Shown in pieces: positions 54,292 to 63,653 of a stretch of DNA of 64,000 nucleotides. The first letter of the stretch is position 1; the number at the start of each line of letters is the position of its first letter. Position numbers and translations under genes: made by a program. The notes under the pieces are model-generated. The model was not told where the DNA came from and made no database searches. It saw only the letters and a list, made by a program, of their open reading frames with translations. The DNA is from Parcubacteria group bacterium (GTDB taxonomy: Bacteria > Patescibacteriota > Minisyncoccia > UBA10092). Location: contig JACPLW010000012.1 of NCBI GenBank assembly GCA_016186325.1, positions 18,644-82,643 on the forward strand. Direction: 5' to 3'.

Positions 54292-56184
54292 CTATTCTCC
54301 GCTTCTAAACATTTTCAAATAAACATCGCTATCAAGCTCAACATGGCCGAAAACGCCTCTTTTTTTCTTACCCTTTTTCTGTTTTTCTAATAACTTCTTT
54401 TTTCTTGTTACGTCGCCGCCGTAAAGATATCCGGTTACATCTTTTCTCATAGCAGGAATGGTTTCCCGCGCGATTACTTTTCCGCCTATTGCCGCCTGAA
54501 GCGCCACGGCAAAATTTTGTTTTGGGACAATTTCCTTAAGTTTTTTTACTAATTCGCTTCCCTCACGATAAGCCCTTTCTTTTGGCACAATTTTTGAAAA
54601 AGCTTCAACCGGCTTATCGGCGATAAGAATCTGCAGTTTAATTAAGTTACCCTTCTTAAATCCCAAAAGTTCATAATTCATTGAAGCATAACCCTCGGAA
54701 ACACTCTTCAGCCGGTCATGAAAATCAACAAGAATCTCCGAAAGAGGCATTTCAAAGTTCAACATTAAATGGTCTAAGCCCAAATAATCGGTGTGGTTGT
54801 AAATACTGCGAAAATTCCCCGTAAGTTTCATCACATTTCCCAAATATTTTGTCGGCAAAAGTATTCCCAATTTAACCCACGGCTCTTCAACTGACTCAAT
54901 AAATGAAGAGTCGGGCCAATCGGCTGGTGTGAAGATTTCTTTAACTCCGCCTTTCCTGTCTATTATCCTATAAGAAACAGTAGGGGTAGTTATCACCACG
55001 CTTATGCTATGTTCCCGTTTAAGCCGCTCGGCGGTAATATCAAGGTGAAGCATGCCCAAAAAACCGACTCGGAAACCGCGCCCTAGCGCTTCCTGCGTTT
55101 CCGGCTCATAGTGAAGCGCGGCGTCGTTTAACTTAAGTTTTGAGAGCGCGTCTTTTAATAAATCAAAATCGTCGGCAGATTCGGGATAAAAACTCGCCCA
55201 AACCATAGGTTGTGGTTCGGTGTATCCGGAAAGCGGCTCCGCACTGGCATCGGAAGCCAAAGTATCACCTACCCTGATAAGTTGGGTATTTTTAAGGCCC
55301 GTGGCGATATAGCCGATTTCTCCCGATAATAGCTTTTCCGATGGCGTAAGCTCCGGCTTAAATATGCCGACTTCAATGATTTGGGCTTTAGACTTTGTCG
55401 CTAAAGCATGAATCAATTGTTGTTTTGAAATTTCGCCCTCAATCACTCTAATATAAGCGACAACTCCTTTATAAGCATCAAAATGGGAATCAAAAACCAA
55501 TGCCCTGAAAGGTTTTACTGAATTAATTTCTGGCGCAGGAAATTCTGTAACAACTTTTTCTAAGATTTTATCAACATTACGGCCGGTTTTTGCCGAAACC
55601 ATTAAAATCTCCTCCGGTTTTTGATCTGTTAGTTTGGCGACTTCTTGTTTTAAACTTTCCAACTTTTCCGTATCGTTCACAAGGTCAACTTTATTTATTA
55701 CGCCGATAATTTTTAAATTTTCTTTCTTAGCCAAATGAAGGTTGGCCAATGTCTGTGCTTGAATGCCTTGGGTTGCGTCAACTAAAAGAATCGCGCCTTC
55801 AACAGCCGCGAGCGCTCTTGAAACTTCGTAAGTAAAATCAATATGGCCCGGAGTATCAATCAAATTCAAAACAAATTCTTGTTCTGAATTTGCAATTTCT
55901 AATTTCGAATTTCTAATTTCTAAACCGTTTTGGTTATTAGAATTTGAGATTTGGGATTTGTTTAGAGATTCGGATTTAGGATTTATAGATTTCGCATGGT
56001 ATATCATGCGGACCGGCTGCATTTTTATGGTGATTCCTCTTTCCCTTTCCAGATCCATTTGGTCTAAAAATTGCTCTCTCATTTTTCTTTGCGTAATAGT
56101 TTGGGTCAATTCCAAAAGCCGATCCGCAAGAGTGGACTTTCCGTGATCTATATGCGCGATAATGACAAAATTACGTATATTCAT
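54292..56184 (-). CDS. lepA: Translation elongation factor 4 (LepA) with a repeat-derived insertion
   Basis: IAHIDHGKSTLADR, DTPGH, GFLGMLH, YGGD.TRK.KLL.KQK.GK. Confidence 0.97.
   Translation of the reverse strand: MNIRNFVIIAHIDHGKSTLADRLLELTQTITQRKMREQFLDQMDLERERGITIKMQPVRMIYHAKSINPKSESLNKSQISNSNNQNGLEIRNSKLEIANSEQEFVLNLIDTPGHIDFTYEVSRALAAVEGAILLVDATQGIQAQTLANLHLAKKENLKIIGVINKVDLVNDTEKLESLKQEVAKLTDQKPEEILMVSAKTGRNVDKILEKVVTEFPAPEINSVKPFRALVFDSHFDAYKGVVAYIRVIEGEISKQQLIHALATKSKAQIIEVGIFKPELTPSEKLLSGEIGYIATGLKNTQLIRVGDTLASDASAEPLSGYTEPQPMVWASFYPESADDFDLLKDALSKLKLNDAALHYEPETQEALGRGFRVGFLGMLHLDITAERLKREHSISVVITTPTVSYRIIDRKGGVKEIFTPADWPDSSFIESVEEPWVKLGILLPTKYLGNVMKLTGNFRSIYNHTDYLGLDHLMLNFEMPLSEILVDFHDRLKSVSEGYASMNYELLGFKKGNLIKLQILIADKPVEAFSKIVPKERAYREGSELVKKLKEIVPKQNFAVALQAAIGGKVIARETIPAMRKDVTGYLYGGDVTRKKKLLEKQKKGKKKRGVFGHVELDSDVYLKMFRSGE
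55886..55994. repeat. 7-bp-period repeat arms in inverted arrangement, in frame in lepA
   Basis: (AATTTCT/G)n ... (GATTTAG-like)n; adds ~35 aa between the RM.Y and LNLIDTPGH motifs. Confidence 0.75.
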
Positions 56185-56204
56185 TAACTTTGGTATTCTT
56201 TCTT

Positions 56205-56246
56205 TATAGACTGTAATTCTTGCTATAGCAAGAATTAGTGACCTTA
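56205..56246. repeat. Left 42-bp direct repeat with palindromic core TAATTCTTGCTATAGCAAGAATTA
   Basis: 34/42 identical to 56821-56862. Confidence 0.85.
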
Positions 56247-56247
56247 A

Positions 56248-56802
56248 TTAAATTAGGTCAAATTGTTTACGCAATTGATATTCTCTGTTTCCTACATTTT
56301 CTGTAATTATAACATCAAGCCAAAAATCTGAAAGGTTAAACGCACTTTTAATAAGAATAACTTCTTCTTCGCAAGGAAATGGCGTCACCCAAATGCTGTC
56401 TTGAAGTTTTATTAAACCCAAATCTTTTAATTTTTGGCGCAACGCTTCGCGTGCCAGTTTTTTACGTTCAGGGATATCAAAAATAACCAGGCGCCATTTT
56501 TTATCCCAAACATCGGGTTTTATCAGCGACAGGTTGTCAAAATCAAATTTTTTAAGATAATTTTTTCCTTTTTCGGTAATTTTGGCAACAATAACATTAT
56601 TCTTTTCTATATATTGAATTCTATCTTGTGTTTTCAGATACAACAAAGCGCGTCGTAATTTCAATCTTTTATATCGCTTTAATTCTTTTGGTATTTCTTT
56701 TAGAAACCTTCTTGTTCCGGATGGCGAAGATAAAATTAATAAAATTGCCCCGCCAATTACAAGGTATTTCAAAATGTCTTTTATAATTATCTCTTTTTTC
56801 AT
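56248..56802 (-). CDS. PaaX-like protein (wHTH plus Cas2-like ferredoxin domain)
   Basis: ITEKG, WD.KWRLVIFDIPE..K..R..LR..LK.LG...LQ.S.W. Confidence 0.88.
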   Translation of the reverse strand: MKKEIIIKDILKYLVIGGAILLILSSPSGTRRFLKEIPKELKRYKRLKLRRALLYLKTQDRIQYIEKNNVIVAKITEKGKNYLKKFDFDNLSLIKPDVWDKKWRLVIFDIPERKKLAREALRQKLKDLGLIKLQDSIWVTPFPCEEEVILIKSAFNLSDFWLDVIITENVGNREYQLRKQFDLI

Positions 56803-56820
56803 TATATTTTCTATTTTTAT

Positions 56821-56862
56821 TATAGTATGTAGTTTTTGCTATAGCAAGTTTTAGTGTTCTTA
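56821..56862. repeat. Right 42-bp direct repeat with TTGCTATAGCAA core
   Basis: 34/42 identical to 56205-56246. Confidence 0.85.
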
Positions 56863-56982
56863 GTAGTAACTACTAATTAAAAGGTAAAAATAAAAGCGCG
56901 TTGCCGCGCTGAAGAACAGATTTTGATAAAAAAAACCCCACACCTAATATGAGTGTGGGATACAAAAAATATTAAATTACTT

Positions 56983-57333
56983 TTATTCTTGATCGCTTGT
57001 TGATAGCCGTTGCCCGAAGATACAAACACAAGCCGATAGGATTAAAGTAAAAAGAGATATTGGCCAAACTAAGATATTAATCAAAAATAGCAAACCAAGT
57101 TTTAATTGGAAGATTACATTAAAACCATTAATCGCAAACTCATCGTCTACATCAGCTAATACGACGGTAATAGATGATAAACTAAAAATAAAAACTGATT
57201 TTTCACTAGTGATAATAATACTAATTTCGCCTTTATCCAATGACTTTTTTAAAACCAACATCTTTGTAAAGAAACAAGCAAAAATAAAAGCAATTACGAA
57301 TCCCACCGATAGATACCATTCTAAATAACCCAT
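56983..57333 (-). CDS. Hypothetical membrane protein
   Basis: Hydrophobic, AAGGAGG SD, downstream hairpins. Confidence 0.65.
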   Translation of the reverse strand: MGYLEWYLSVGFVIAFIFACFFTKMLVLKKSLDKGEISIIITSEKSVFIFSLSSITVVLADVDDEFAINGFNVIFQLKLGLLFLINILVWPISLFTLILSACVCIFGQRLSTSDQE

Positions 57334-57391
57334 CTGCCCCTCCTTGGGTGCTTAAAAGTTATAGACAAGAATTAAGCTTAATGTACCATAT

Positions 57392-59092
57392 TTAATACTG
57401 ATCGTCAAGGGATTCGCCGGCCGGTACCAGTTCAGGCTTTTTAATGCCATGCCAATTTAAAAGCGTCGCGGGCATATTAAGCATCAGCATTTCTTCGGAT
57501 TTTAAAATAAACGCAGTTACTAAGTATCCAGATACCGCCATAATAAATGCCCCGAAAGTCTGAAAAAATAATCCGAAAACGGTACCGGTATTAAAAATAT
57601 TGTTAAAGATATTCAGCCCGGCATAAGCCAGAATAATGCTAACGGCGCTGGCAATAATAATTTTAAAAACCGATTTTTTTATTTCCGAAATTCCGAAATC
57701 GCCGACATGACGCTTTAAATCAATCCAGTGCCAAATAATATTTATAATCGAAGCGGTGGTAATTGCAAGCGGCAGTCCTAAAATAGCCGCGCCGCTAATA
57801 TTGCCCACTTTCAGAAAACTCGCCAAAATGTTGCCTAATAAGGGAATTTTTATAAAAGCGATTACGAATAAAAAACTTAAAAATACGCTTACTGCCATAG
57901 AAACAACATTTATAAAAACCGGGGTTTTGGTGTTGTGAAAAACAAAAAAAGCGCGGGTAAAAAGCGGTAATAGAGCCGCGGCAAAAATTCCAAAAGAAAA
58001 AAGTCCTAAAACCGCGGCGGTAAGCCGCGTCGCATCCCAGTCAAACTGTCCGGTGCCTAAAATTATCCTTACAATTTGAGCTCTAAAAACAAAAAATAAA
58101 AGAGAAAGAGGAATAATAATAAAAAGAGTTTGACGTACGGCAAGAGAAAATCTTTTTAAAAACAAATCTTTTTTGCCTTGCGCGTAGGCAATGCTCATCG
58201 CCGGAAAAGCGGCTGTAGAAAATGCTACTCCAAAAATCCCTATCGGAACAAAGCGGAGATTATCGGCAAAGTTAAATATCGCGATACTTCCGGTTGAAAT
58301 AACGGAGGCAATAGCCGTCATTACTATGCTGTTAACCTGCAAAGCCGCAAGACTTACGGTTCTGGGCAACCACAGTTTCGCGGTTTTAATTAAACCTGCA
58401 TCTTTAAGATTAAGACCCTTAAAAGGTCTAAAACCAATACTATAGAGAGACGGCAGTTGAATCAATAAATGTAATAATGCTCCCAAAACAACGCCGTAAG
58501 CCAGACCCCAAATCCCGAATTTTGGCGTTAAAAATACAATGCCAAAAATGATTCCTAAATTATAAAAAATAGGGGCAAGCGATGTAATAAGAAACCGGGA
58601 GAATGCCTGAAGAAGAGCCGAAGCAAATGCCGAAATTCCCAATAAGAGCGGGCTTAAAAACAATACGCGGCTTATTTTTACCGTAATATCATGAGAGGCT
58701 TTATCAAAGCCGGGCGCTACAAGATAAATCAGAAAAGGAGCAAATAAAACCAATAACGCGGAAAATAATATTAGCGCCATAAGCAAAACATTAAGAATGT
58801 TGCCGGAAAACCGCCAAGCCTCATCTTTATCTTTTGTTGAATATTCATAAAAAACCGGCAAAAAAACAGAGGAAATTATACCTACGATTAAAAGATTATA
58901 AACCAGGTCGGGAATTTTAAAAGCGGCATAATAAATATCAAGCGTTCTTGTCGCTCCGAATTGGCCGGCCAGCATCCGATCGCGCCAAAGGCCAAAAAGG
59001 CGGCTGACTAAGCCAAAAGCGGCAATCGTTAAGGCAGCCGAAGATATTTTTTCCGACCTATTATTTAAAAATTTTCCTATGACTGCAAACAT
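57392..59092 (-). CDS. murJ: Lipid II flippase MurJ
   Basis: SR..G..RD..LA..FG, AF.IPD, F.P, P.G.FG......FP, TKTP. Confidence 0.95.
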   Translation of the reverse strand: MFAVIGKFLNNRSEKISSAALTIAAFGLVSRLFGLWRDRMLAGQFGATRTLDIYYAAFKIPDLVYNLLIVGIISSVFLPVFYEYSTKDKDEAWRFSGNILNVLLMALILFSALLVLFAPFLIYLVAPGFDKASHDITVKISRVLFLSPLLLGISAFASALLQAFSRFLITSLAPIFYNLGIIFGIVFLTPKFGIWGLAYGVVLGALLHLLIQLPSLYSIGFRPFKGLNLKDAGLIKTAKLWLPRTVSLAALQVNSIVMTAIASVISTGSIAIFNFADNLRFVPIGIFGVAFSTAAFPAMSIAYAQGKKDLFLKRFSLAVRQTLFIIIPLSLLFFVFRAQIVRIILGTGQFDWDATRLTAAVLGLFSFGIFAAALLPLFTRAFFVFHNTKTPVFINVVSMAVSVFLSFLFVIAFIKIPLLGNILASFLKVGNISGAAILGLPLAITTASIINIIWHWIDLKRHVGDFGISEIKKSVFKIIIASAVSIILAYAGLNIFNNIFNTGTVFGLFFQTFGAFIMAVSGYLVTAFILKSEEMLMLNMPATLLNWHGIKKPELVPAGESLDDQY

Positions 59093-59127
59093 TACCGCTA
59101 TATGATAACTTAAATAATACTAAAAAT

Positions 59128-59159
59128 GAACACCACCCTTGCATGCAAGGGTGGTGTTC
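59128..59159. repeat. Perfect 32-bp palindrome GAACACCACCCTTGCATGCAAGGGTGGTGTTC
   Basis: Read directly; shares CCACCCTT/AAGGGTGG with the GIY-YIG element ends. Confidence 0.8.
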
Positions 59160-59213
59160 TATTGATCTTATTTACCCGCCTAAATTTTGCGAAAGCAAAA
59201 CTTTGGCAGGTGA

Positions 59214-59535
59214 AAGGAAACTATAAGCCGGATTCTGTCCCCGCAACTGCGGGGGACGATTATCTATCTGAGCTCTGCATTGCTGCCGAGCTTTAGCCCT
59301 CATAACGAGGTTGCACCCAGTAAGGATTTAGCCGTTTCACTTCCATATTTCTATGGAATTCACCCTGCAAATGCGGGGTGCCTTGCGCCTTTCGGCGCCC
59401 GGCGTCGCTGTTCGCACCTCTCGCGTTATTTATTTCGCGGCGGGTCGTTAACCCGTACGCTTTTCCCCCGCAACTGCGGGGTGGTGTCCGGACTTTCCTC
59501 CCCTCGATAAACTCAGGGCAATCGTCCGTTTCCTT
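59214..59535 (-). ncRNA. rnpB: RNase P RNA
   Basis: GAGGAAAGTCCGG and ACAGAATCCGGCTTA P4 motifs, GGGTGCAAC, P1 AAGGAAAC/GTTTCCTT. Confidence 0.95.
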
Positions 59536-59667
59536 AATTAAATTCTTAAGACCAACGCTTCCTTTAGGGAAGCGTTTTAATGCTATCAAATTTTTAGTGT
59601 TTTGTCAATATTATAAAAAATGAGCCGCGTCATAAAGACTGCGGCCCTAAAACTAAAGATTGAAATC

Positions 59668-59859
59668 TTATTTACGCTTACATAATGTAAGTACAGTCGT
59701 CAAAACGACTACAGCAACTAACTGAGACCATGAATTGTCTAGAGCCAAAACCCACCGTTCTTTTCCTGTGATTGCCTCATAAAGGAAGTTACTCGATATC
59801 ATTCCCAGAAAAACAACGATAGAAGTTACCCACAATTCACCTGTCTTAAACTTAACCAT
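59668..59859 (-). CDS. Small two-TM hypothetical protein
   Basis: MVKFKTGELW... with a GAGGGGAG SD-like sequence upstream. Confidence 0.55.
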   Translation of the reverse strand: MVKFKTGELWVTSIVVFLGMISSNFLYEAITGKERWVLALDNSWSQLVAVVVLTTVLTLCKRK

Positions 59860-59983
59860 CGTCCACTCCCCTCTCGAATTGTGTGGAACAATTGGAAAAT
59901 GACCCCATGCCACTTCCCAAGTCTTAATTTTTATATTATCAATTTTCGGCGTAAAAGTCAATAGAGCGTTGCATTTCTAAAGT

Positions 59984-60586
59984 CTATCTTCTATGAAACC
60001 CCAGATCGGCAGGGTTGTCGTCGCCGGAAATATATTCTATTTTTCCGCCTTGTTCTTCAAATATTTTTCTTAAACGCGATACTGATTTTATCAACCTTTT
60101 AGTTTTTAACGGTAGCTTGTCTTTATTCATATATCCTTTGGACCAATAATTTATTACCAGTTTGCTGTCACCGAAAATTTTTTTAATTTCTTCCTTAGCC
60201 GCTATTTTTAAGGCGTGATAACAAGCCAATAGTTCGCCATAGTTATTGGAAACATCTTGCAATATAAAATGACCGGCTTTATCCAGGTGTTTCTTAAATT
60301 TCTTTTCTGATAGTAAATTACTGCCGTTTTCATCAGTAACGCTAATCTCAACGCCGAGCCCCCTTCCGGTACCGGAATCAAAATAAATACCGGATTTTAA
60401 TTTTTTCCTAAAACCATAAATAGCTCCCGCTTTTAGCCACTCTTCCGCTTCTTTAAGTGTTTTAAAACCTTTAAATCTTGAATTTATTTCTCCGTGAATT
60501 ATTTTTTCGCACTCTTTCCAATTTTCGGTTATTCCTTTTTTGTTGCTCCGAGGCACAAAATAAGCATAGTATTTGCGTTTTTCCAT
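59984..60586 (-). CDS. rnhA: Ribonuclease HI with N-terminal viroplasmin/hybrid-binding domain
   Basis: W.EC...FK.F....EA..WL; YFDSG, NN.GEL, GDS, NPAD. Confidence 0.88.
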   Translation of the reverse strand: MEKRKYYAYFVPRSNKKGITENWKECEKIIHGEINSRFKGFKTLKEAEEWLKAGAIYGFRKKLKSGIYFDSGTGRGLGVEISVTDENGSNLLSEKKFKKHLDKAGHFILQDVSNNYGELLACYHALKIAAKEEIKKIFGDSKLVINYWSKGYMNKDKLPLKTKRLIKSVSRLRKIFEEQGGKIEYISGDDNPADLGFHRR

Positions 60587-60595
60587 AATCAGATA

Positions 60596-61144
60596 TTAGT
60601 AGGTTATCAGCTTAACAAAAAGTTCATAAGTAGCGCGGGCGTCGTCTAGAGCCCTGTGAGCGCGCGCCCGATTAATGCCAAAATATTTAGTAAGTTCGTC
60701 CAAACTAAATTTTTCTATTCCCGGGACATTTCGCAGTTTTGAGTAAGCTAAAGAAACCGTGTCAAAACCCTGATAATAAAACTTTCCCGATTCAAATTTC
60801 ATACTGGGCAATAAACCATTTTCAAAAAGCGACCGGTGGAGCCACAGCCAGTCAACACTCAAATTATGGCCGACTAAAACTTTATTGGAAGTTTTTTCCA
60901 AAAACATTTGAAGAGCCGGATTAATTTCTAAAGCGTCGGCCCATTCGACGTCGTTATATCCGTTAATCGCAAGAGACTCCGGATCGGCTTTATTCAAATA
61001 TTTAGGTTTTATTTTAACAGACCATTCTTCCAATACTTCCAGACTTTCATGACTTACCGTAATAACTGCCATTTCTATTATTTCGCTGTCAAAACCAAGG
61101 CCGGTCGTTTCAAAATCAATAAAAGCCAAATCAAAATTTCTCAT
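60596..61144 (-). CDS. DEDDh 3'-5' exonuclease (DnaQ-like)
   Basis: IDFETTG, GHN..VD, HRAL.DA. Confidence 0.9.
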   Translation of the reverse strand: MRNFDLAFIDFETTGLGFDSEIIEMAVITVSHESLEVLEEWSVKIKPKYLNKADPESLAINGYNDVEWADALEINPALQMFLEKTSNKVLVGHNLSVDWLWLHRSLFENGLLPSMKFESGKFYYQGFDTVSLAYSKLRNVPGIEKFSLDELTKYFGINRARAHRALDDARATYELFVKLITY

Positions 61145-61153
61145 TTGTTATGT

Positions 61154-61723
61154 TTAATTTTTTTCCGTACTGCCACAGCCAATCTTTACTTTAAATTTGC
61201 CCGTTTGGGGTTCTAACTCCATTTCCAGAAAAATTTCTTTACCTATTGGATCGCACTCGGCGCCTTGCTGTTTGTTAAAAAAATTTATTAAAGCCCCTCC
61301 ATCGTATTTATCCGGAATAATGGCAATTTTATAAGCATTTTTAATTCCGATTAATGATTTTATGCGCACCACTGTTTCCGCCGGCGTCGTAATTCCTTGA
61401 ATAATAAAATCATCAACATTCATTTTTTGAGCCAACTCTTGATCTTCCGGCCGACCCCTATGGGAGTTGATCGCTACCGGAATTTTAGCCAGCTCTTCGT
61501 CCGCCTGCATTTTGGCAATAAGCTCAAAGCCGGTCATTTTAGGCATAGTGATACCGGTGAAAACTACGTCGGGAGTATTACCGGATTTTATAATATCCCA
61601 CGCCTCTTGACCATCATGTGCCGTAAAAACTTCAAATCCTTCATCTCTAAAATTTTTTGCATAAATCCCTAGAATAAACTCATCGTCATCAACTATTAAA
61701 ATCTTCTTTGATTGGTTGTTCAT
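61154..61723 (-). CDS. Response-regulator receiver protein (atypical, Asp to Gly at the phospho site)
   Basis: ILIVDDD, PD.VFTGI.MP.M.G. Confidence 0.85.
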   Translation of the reverse strand: MNNQSKKILIVDDDEFILGIYAKNFRDEGFEVFTAHDGQEAWDIIKSGNTPDVVFTGITMPKMTGFELIAKMQADEELAKIPVAINSHRGRPEDQELAQKMNVDDFIIQGITTPAETVVRIKSLIGIKNAYKIAIIPDKYDGGALINFFNKQQGAECDPIGKEIFLEMELEPQTGKFKVKIGCGSTEKN

Positions 61724-62826
61724 ATATCTTGAGAGCTAATTTTAATGTTTTGAATAACTCCGAAAGCAATAAATGTTGTAATTAAATTTGAGCCGCCGTA
61801 ACTTAAAAACGGCAAGGGAATACCGGTTACCGGTATAAAACCTATGTTCATTCCAATGTTAATAGATATGTGACTTAAAAGCAAAATCATAAATCCCGCG
61901 ATAAAAAGGCGGGCAAAATTAGTTTCGGCATTAAATCCAATAATAAAAAGCCGCCAAAAAATTATCGTCCACAGGATTAATAAAAAAGATACGCCAAGAA
62001 ACCCCCATTCCTCGGCAATGGTAGCGAAAATAAAGTCTGTATGCTGTTCCGGCAAAAAATTCAGCTGCGACTGGCTGCCATGCCCCAACCCTTTGCCCCA
62101 AAATCCTCCCGATCCGACGGCAATAATGGATTGTAAAACATTATAGCCGCTTCCCAAGGGATCGTTTTGGGGTTTTAAAAAAGTTGTAATCCGCGATTTT
62201 TGATAATCTTCCAAAAAAAATTGCCAAGCCGAACCTGTCAAAATCAAAAAAATTAAAAATAACGCCAGAAGATGCCGCACTCTTATTCCGGAAACAAACA
62301 TAATGCCGGCCCATATCGCGATCATCAAAACCGCCGATCCCAAATCCGGCTGAAGCAAAACTAAAATTACGGGAATTAAAACATAAATACCGGAAATGAT
62401 AATGTGCCTAAAAAGTCCGAAATCAACATGCCGGCTTGAAAAATATTTCGCCAAAAGCGCGATTAAAATAAATTTTGTTATTTCTACGGGTTCAAAACCT
62501 AATTTGCCGCCTTCGCCGAACCTAAACCATGAGGTTGAACCCCTGATTTGGCTTCCAAAAAAAAGAAGTAGAATTAAAAGTGCAACGGACAAAGCATAAA
62601 GAGACAAGACCACAACCGGATAATTTCTTAAAAAACGGTAATCCGTAAAACCGAATAAAAAAAGCAAAGATAAACCGAGAAAACTAAAAATTAGCTGTTT
62701 TTTAAAAACACTGAAGGTGCCCGTTCTGGCTTGAGAAGTAGAGGCAATGCTTAAAAGGCCGATGGCTAAAAGCAGGATAATGGCACCGATTAAAATCCAA
62801 TCGAATTTTTTTAAAGCCTGAAACAT
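61720..62826 (-). CDS. rodA: SEDS protein RodA
   Basis: QPDLG, DP.G.GYN..QS..A.GSGG, LPE.HTDF, P.TG.PLPF.SYGG. Confidence 0.93.
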   Translation of the reverse strand: MFQALKKFDWILIGAIILLLAIGLLSIASTSQARTGTFSVFKKQLIFSFLGLSLLFLFGFTDYRFLRNYPVVVLSLYALSVALLILLLFFGSQIRGSTSWFRFGEGGKLGFEPVEITKFILIALLAKYFSSRHVDFGLFRHIIISGIYVLIPVILVLLQPDLGSAVLMIAIWAGIMFVSGIRVRHLLALFLIFLILTGSAWQFFLEDYQKSRITTFLKPQNDPLGSGYNVLQSIIAVGSGGFWGKGLGHGSQSQLNFLPEQHTDFIFATIAEEWGFLGVSFLLILWTIIFWRLFIIGFNAETNFARLFIAGFMILLLSHISINIGMNIGFIPVTGIPLPFLSYGGSNLITTFIAFGVIQNIKISSQDI

Positions 62827-62827
62827 G

Positions 62828-63568
62828 TCATTGTCCGAGCAGTTCCGGCCGATTAAAAAGATTAGTTGAAATGCTCAGGTCAACCGAAGTTGGAATGCCG
62901 GAAAATGGAGAAAACCAAGGCATGCTAAAAGGCCGACGTTCTTTTGATTTGAGATTCTCAAAAATTGTTGAATTAACTGCAATGGGAAGATTGCCCCTGC
63001 CAAAAAGTACGGCTGAAACATAAACTTTACTTAGGTCGTAAGAAGTGCCATTAAATGCCGTAGCATTAACTTCATAAAATTTTCCGGAACCGGCCTTTCC
63101 TTGGCCGTAAAAAATGTTGCTAACCGTCAAATCAATGCTTTTAAAATCTTTAACTTCCCGCCATGTCGGCTCGCCGAGTTGAAGTTTAACTGAAACTGGC
63201 GCCTTTAAAAGTTCAATTCCGGCTTCTATAAGGTACTTTGACTCCCCCGGCCAAATAAACGACTCGCCGGGTTTGTTTGAGAGCAAATTTCCGCTGGCAT
63301 CGTATAAATAAAAAGTATAAGTGAAAAAACTCGCGCCGAAACCGGTGTTAGGATTGCGTATTTTAGCTCCGATGGAATACAGGTCTTGGCCCGAAACAAA
63401 CACTTGTGACCAAATTATTTCAACCGGATCTACGACAGGTGCAGGTGGCGGAGGCGGCACGGGTGTGGGCCGCACTAAAAAATAAATCCCCGTTCCGACA
63501 CCGGAAAAAATCGCTAAGTAAATAACAGCAATAAATATTCTTTTAAATATTCGTCGACGATCGTTCAT
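62828..63568 (-). CDS. Membrane-anchored hypothetical protein with two Ig-like modules
   Basis: TM, Pro linker, NPN...Y.F..YD..G, PGE.K. Confidence 0.75.
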   Translation of the reverse strand: MNDRRRIFKRIFIAVIYLAIFSGVGTGIYFLVRPTPVPPPPPAPVVDPVEIIWSQVFVSGQDLYSIGAKIRNPNTGFGASFFTYTFYLYDASGNLLSNKPGESFIWPGESKYLIEAGIELLKAPVSVKLQLGEPTWREVKDFKSIDLTVSNIFYGQGKAGSGKFYEVNATAFNGTSYDLSKVYVSAVLFGRGNLPIAVNSTIFENLKSKERRPFSMPWFSPFSGIPTSVDLSISTNLFNRPELLGQ

Positions 63569-63610
63569 ATAATTATATTATAGCAATATTAAAGAAAAAT
63601 TAAAACTAAA

Positions 63611-63636
63611 CCCCGCCCTTCAGCTGAAGGGCGGGG
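63611..63636 (-). terminator. Palindrome CCCCGCCCTTCAGCTGAAGGGCGGGG after 5S rRNA (rrn terminator candidate)
   Basis: Perfect 26-bp palindrome with A/T flanks. Confidence 0.7.
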
Positions 63637-63653
63637 TTTTTATTAACCCCATT

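Noticed and set aside
56248-56802. Cas2 / CRISPR-Cas locus
   Set aside because: The Cas2-like domain is fused to a wHTH (PaaX type); there is no cas1 or array nearby.
59280-59623. ORFs overlapping this region
   Set aside because: Shadow ORFs on RNase P RNA.
1028-62599. Numerous short antisense ORFs in the track
   Set aside because: They lie opposite well-supported genes and have no recognisable motifs.
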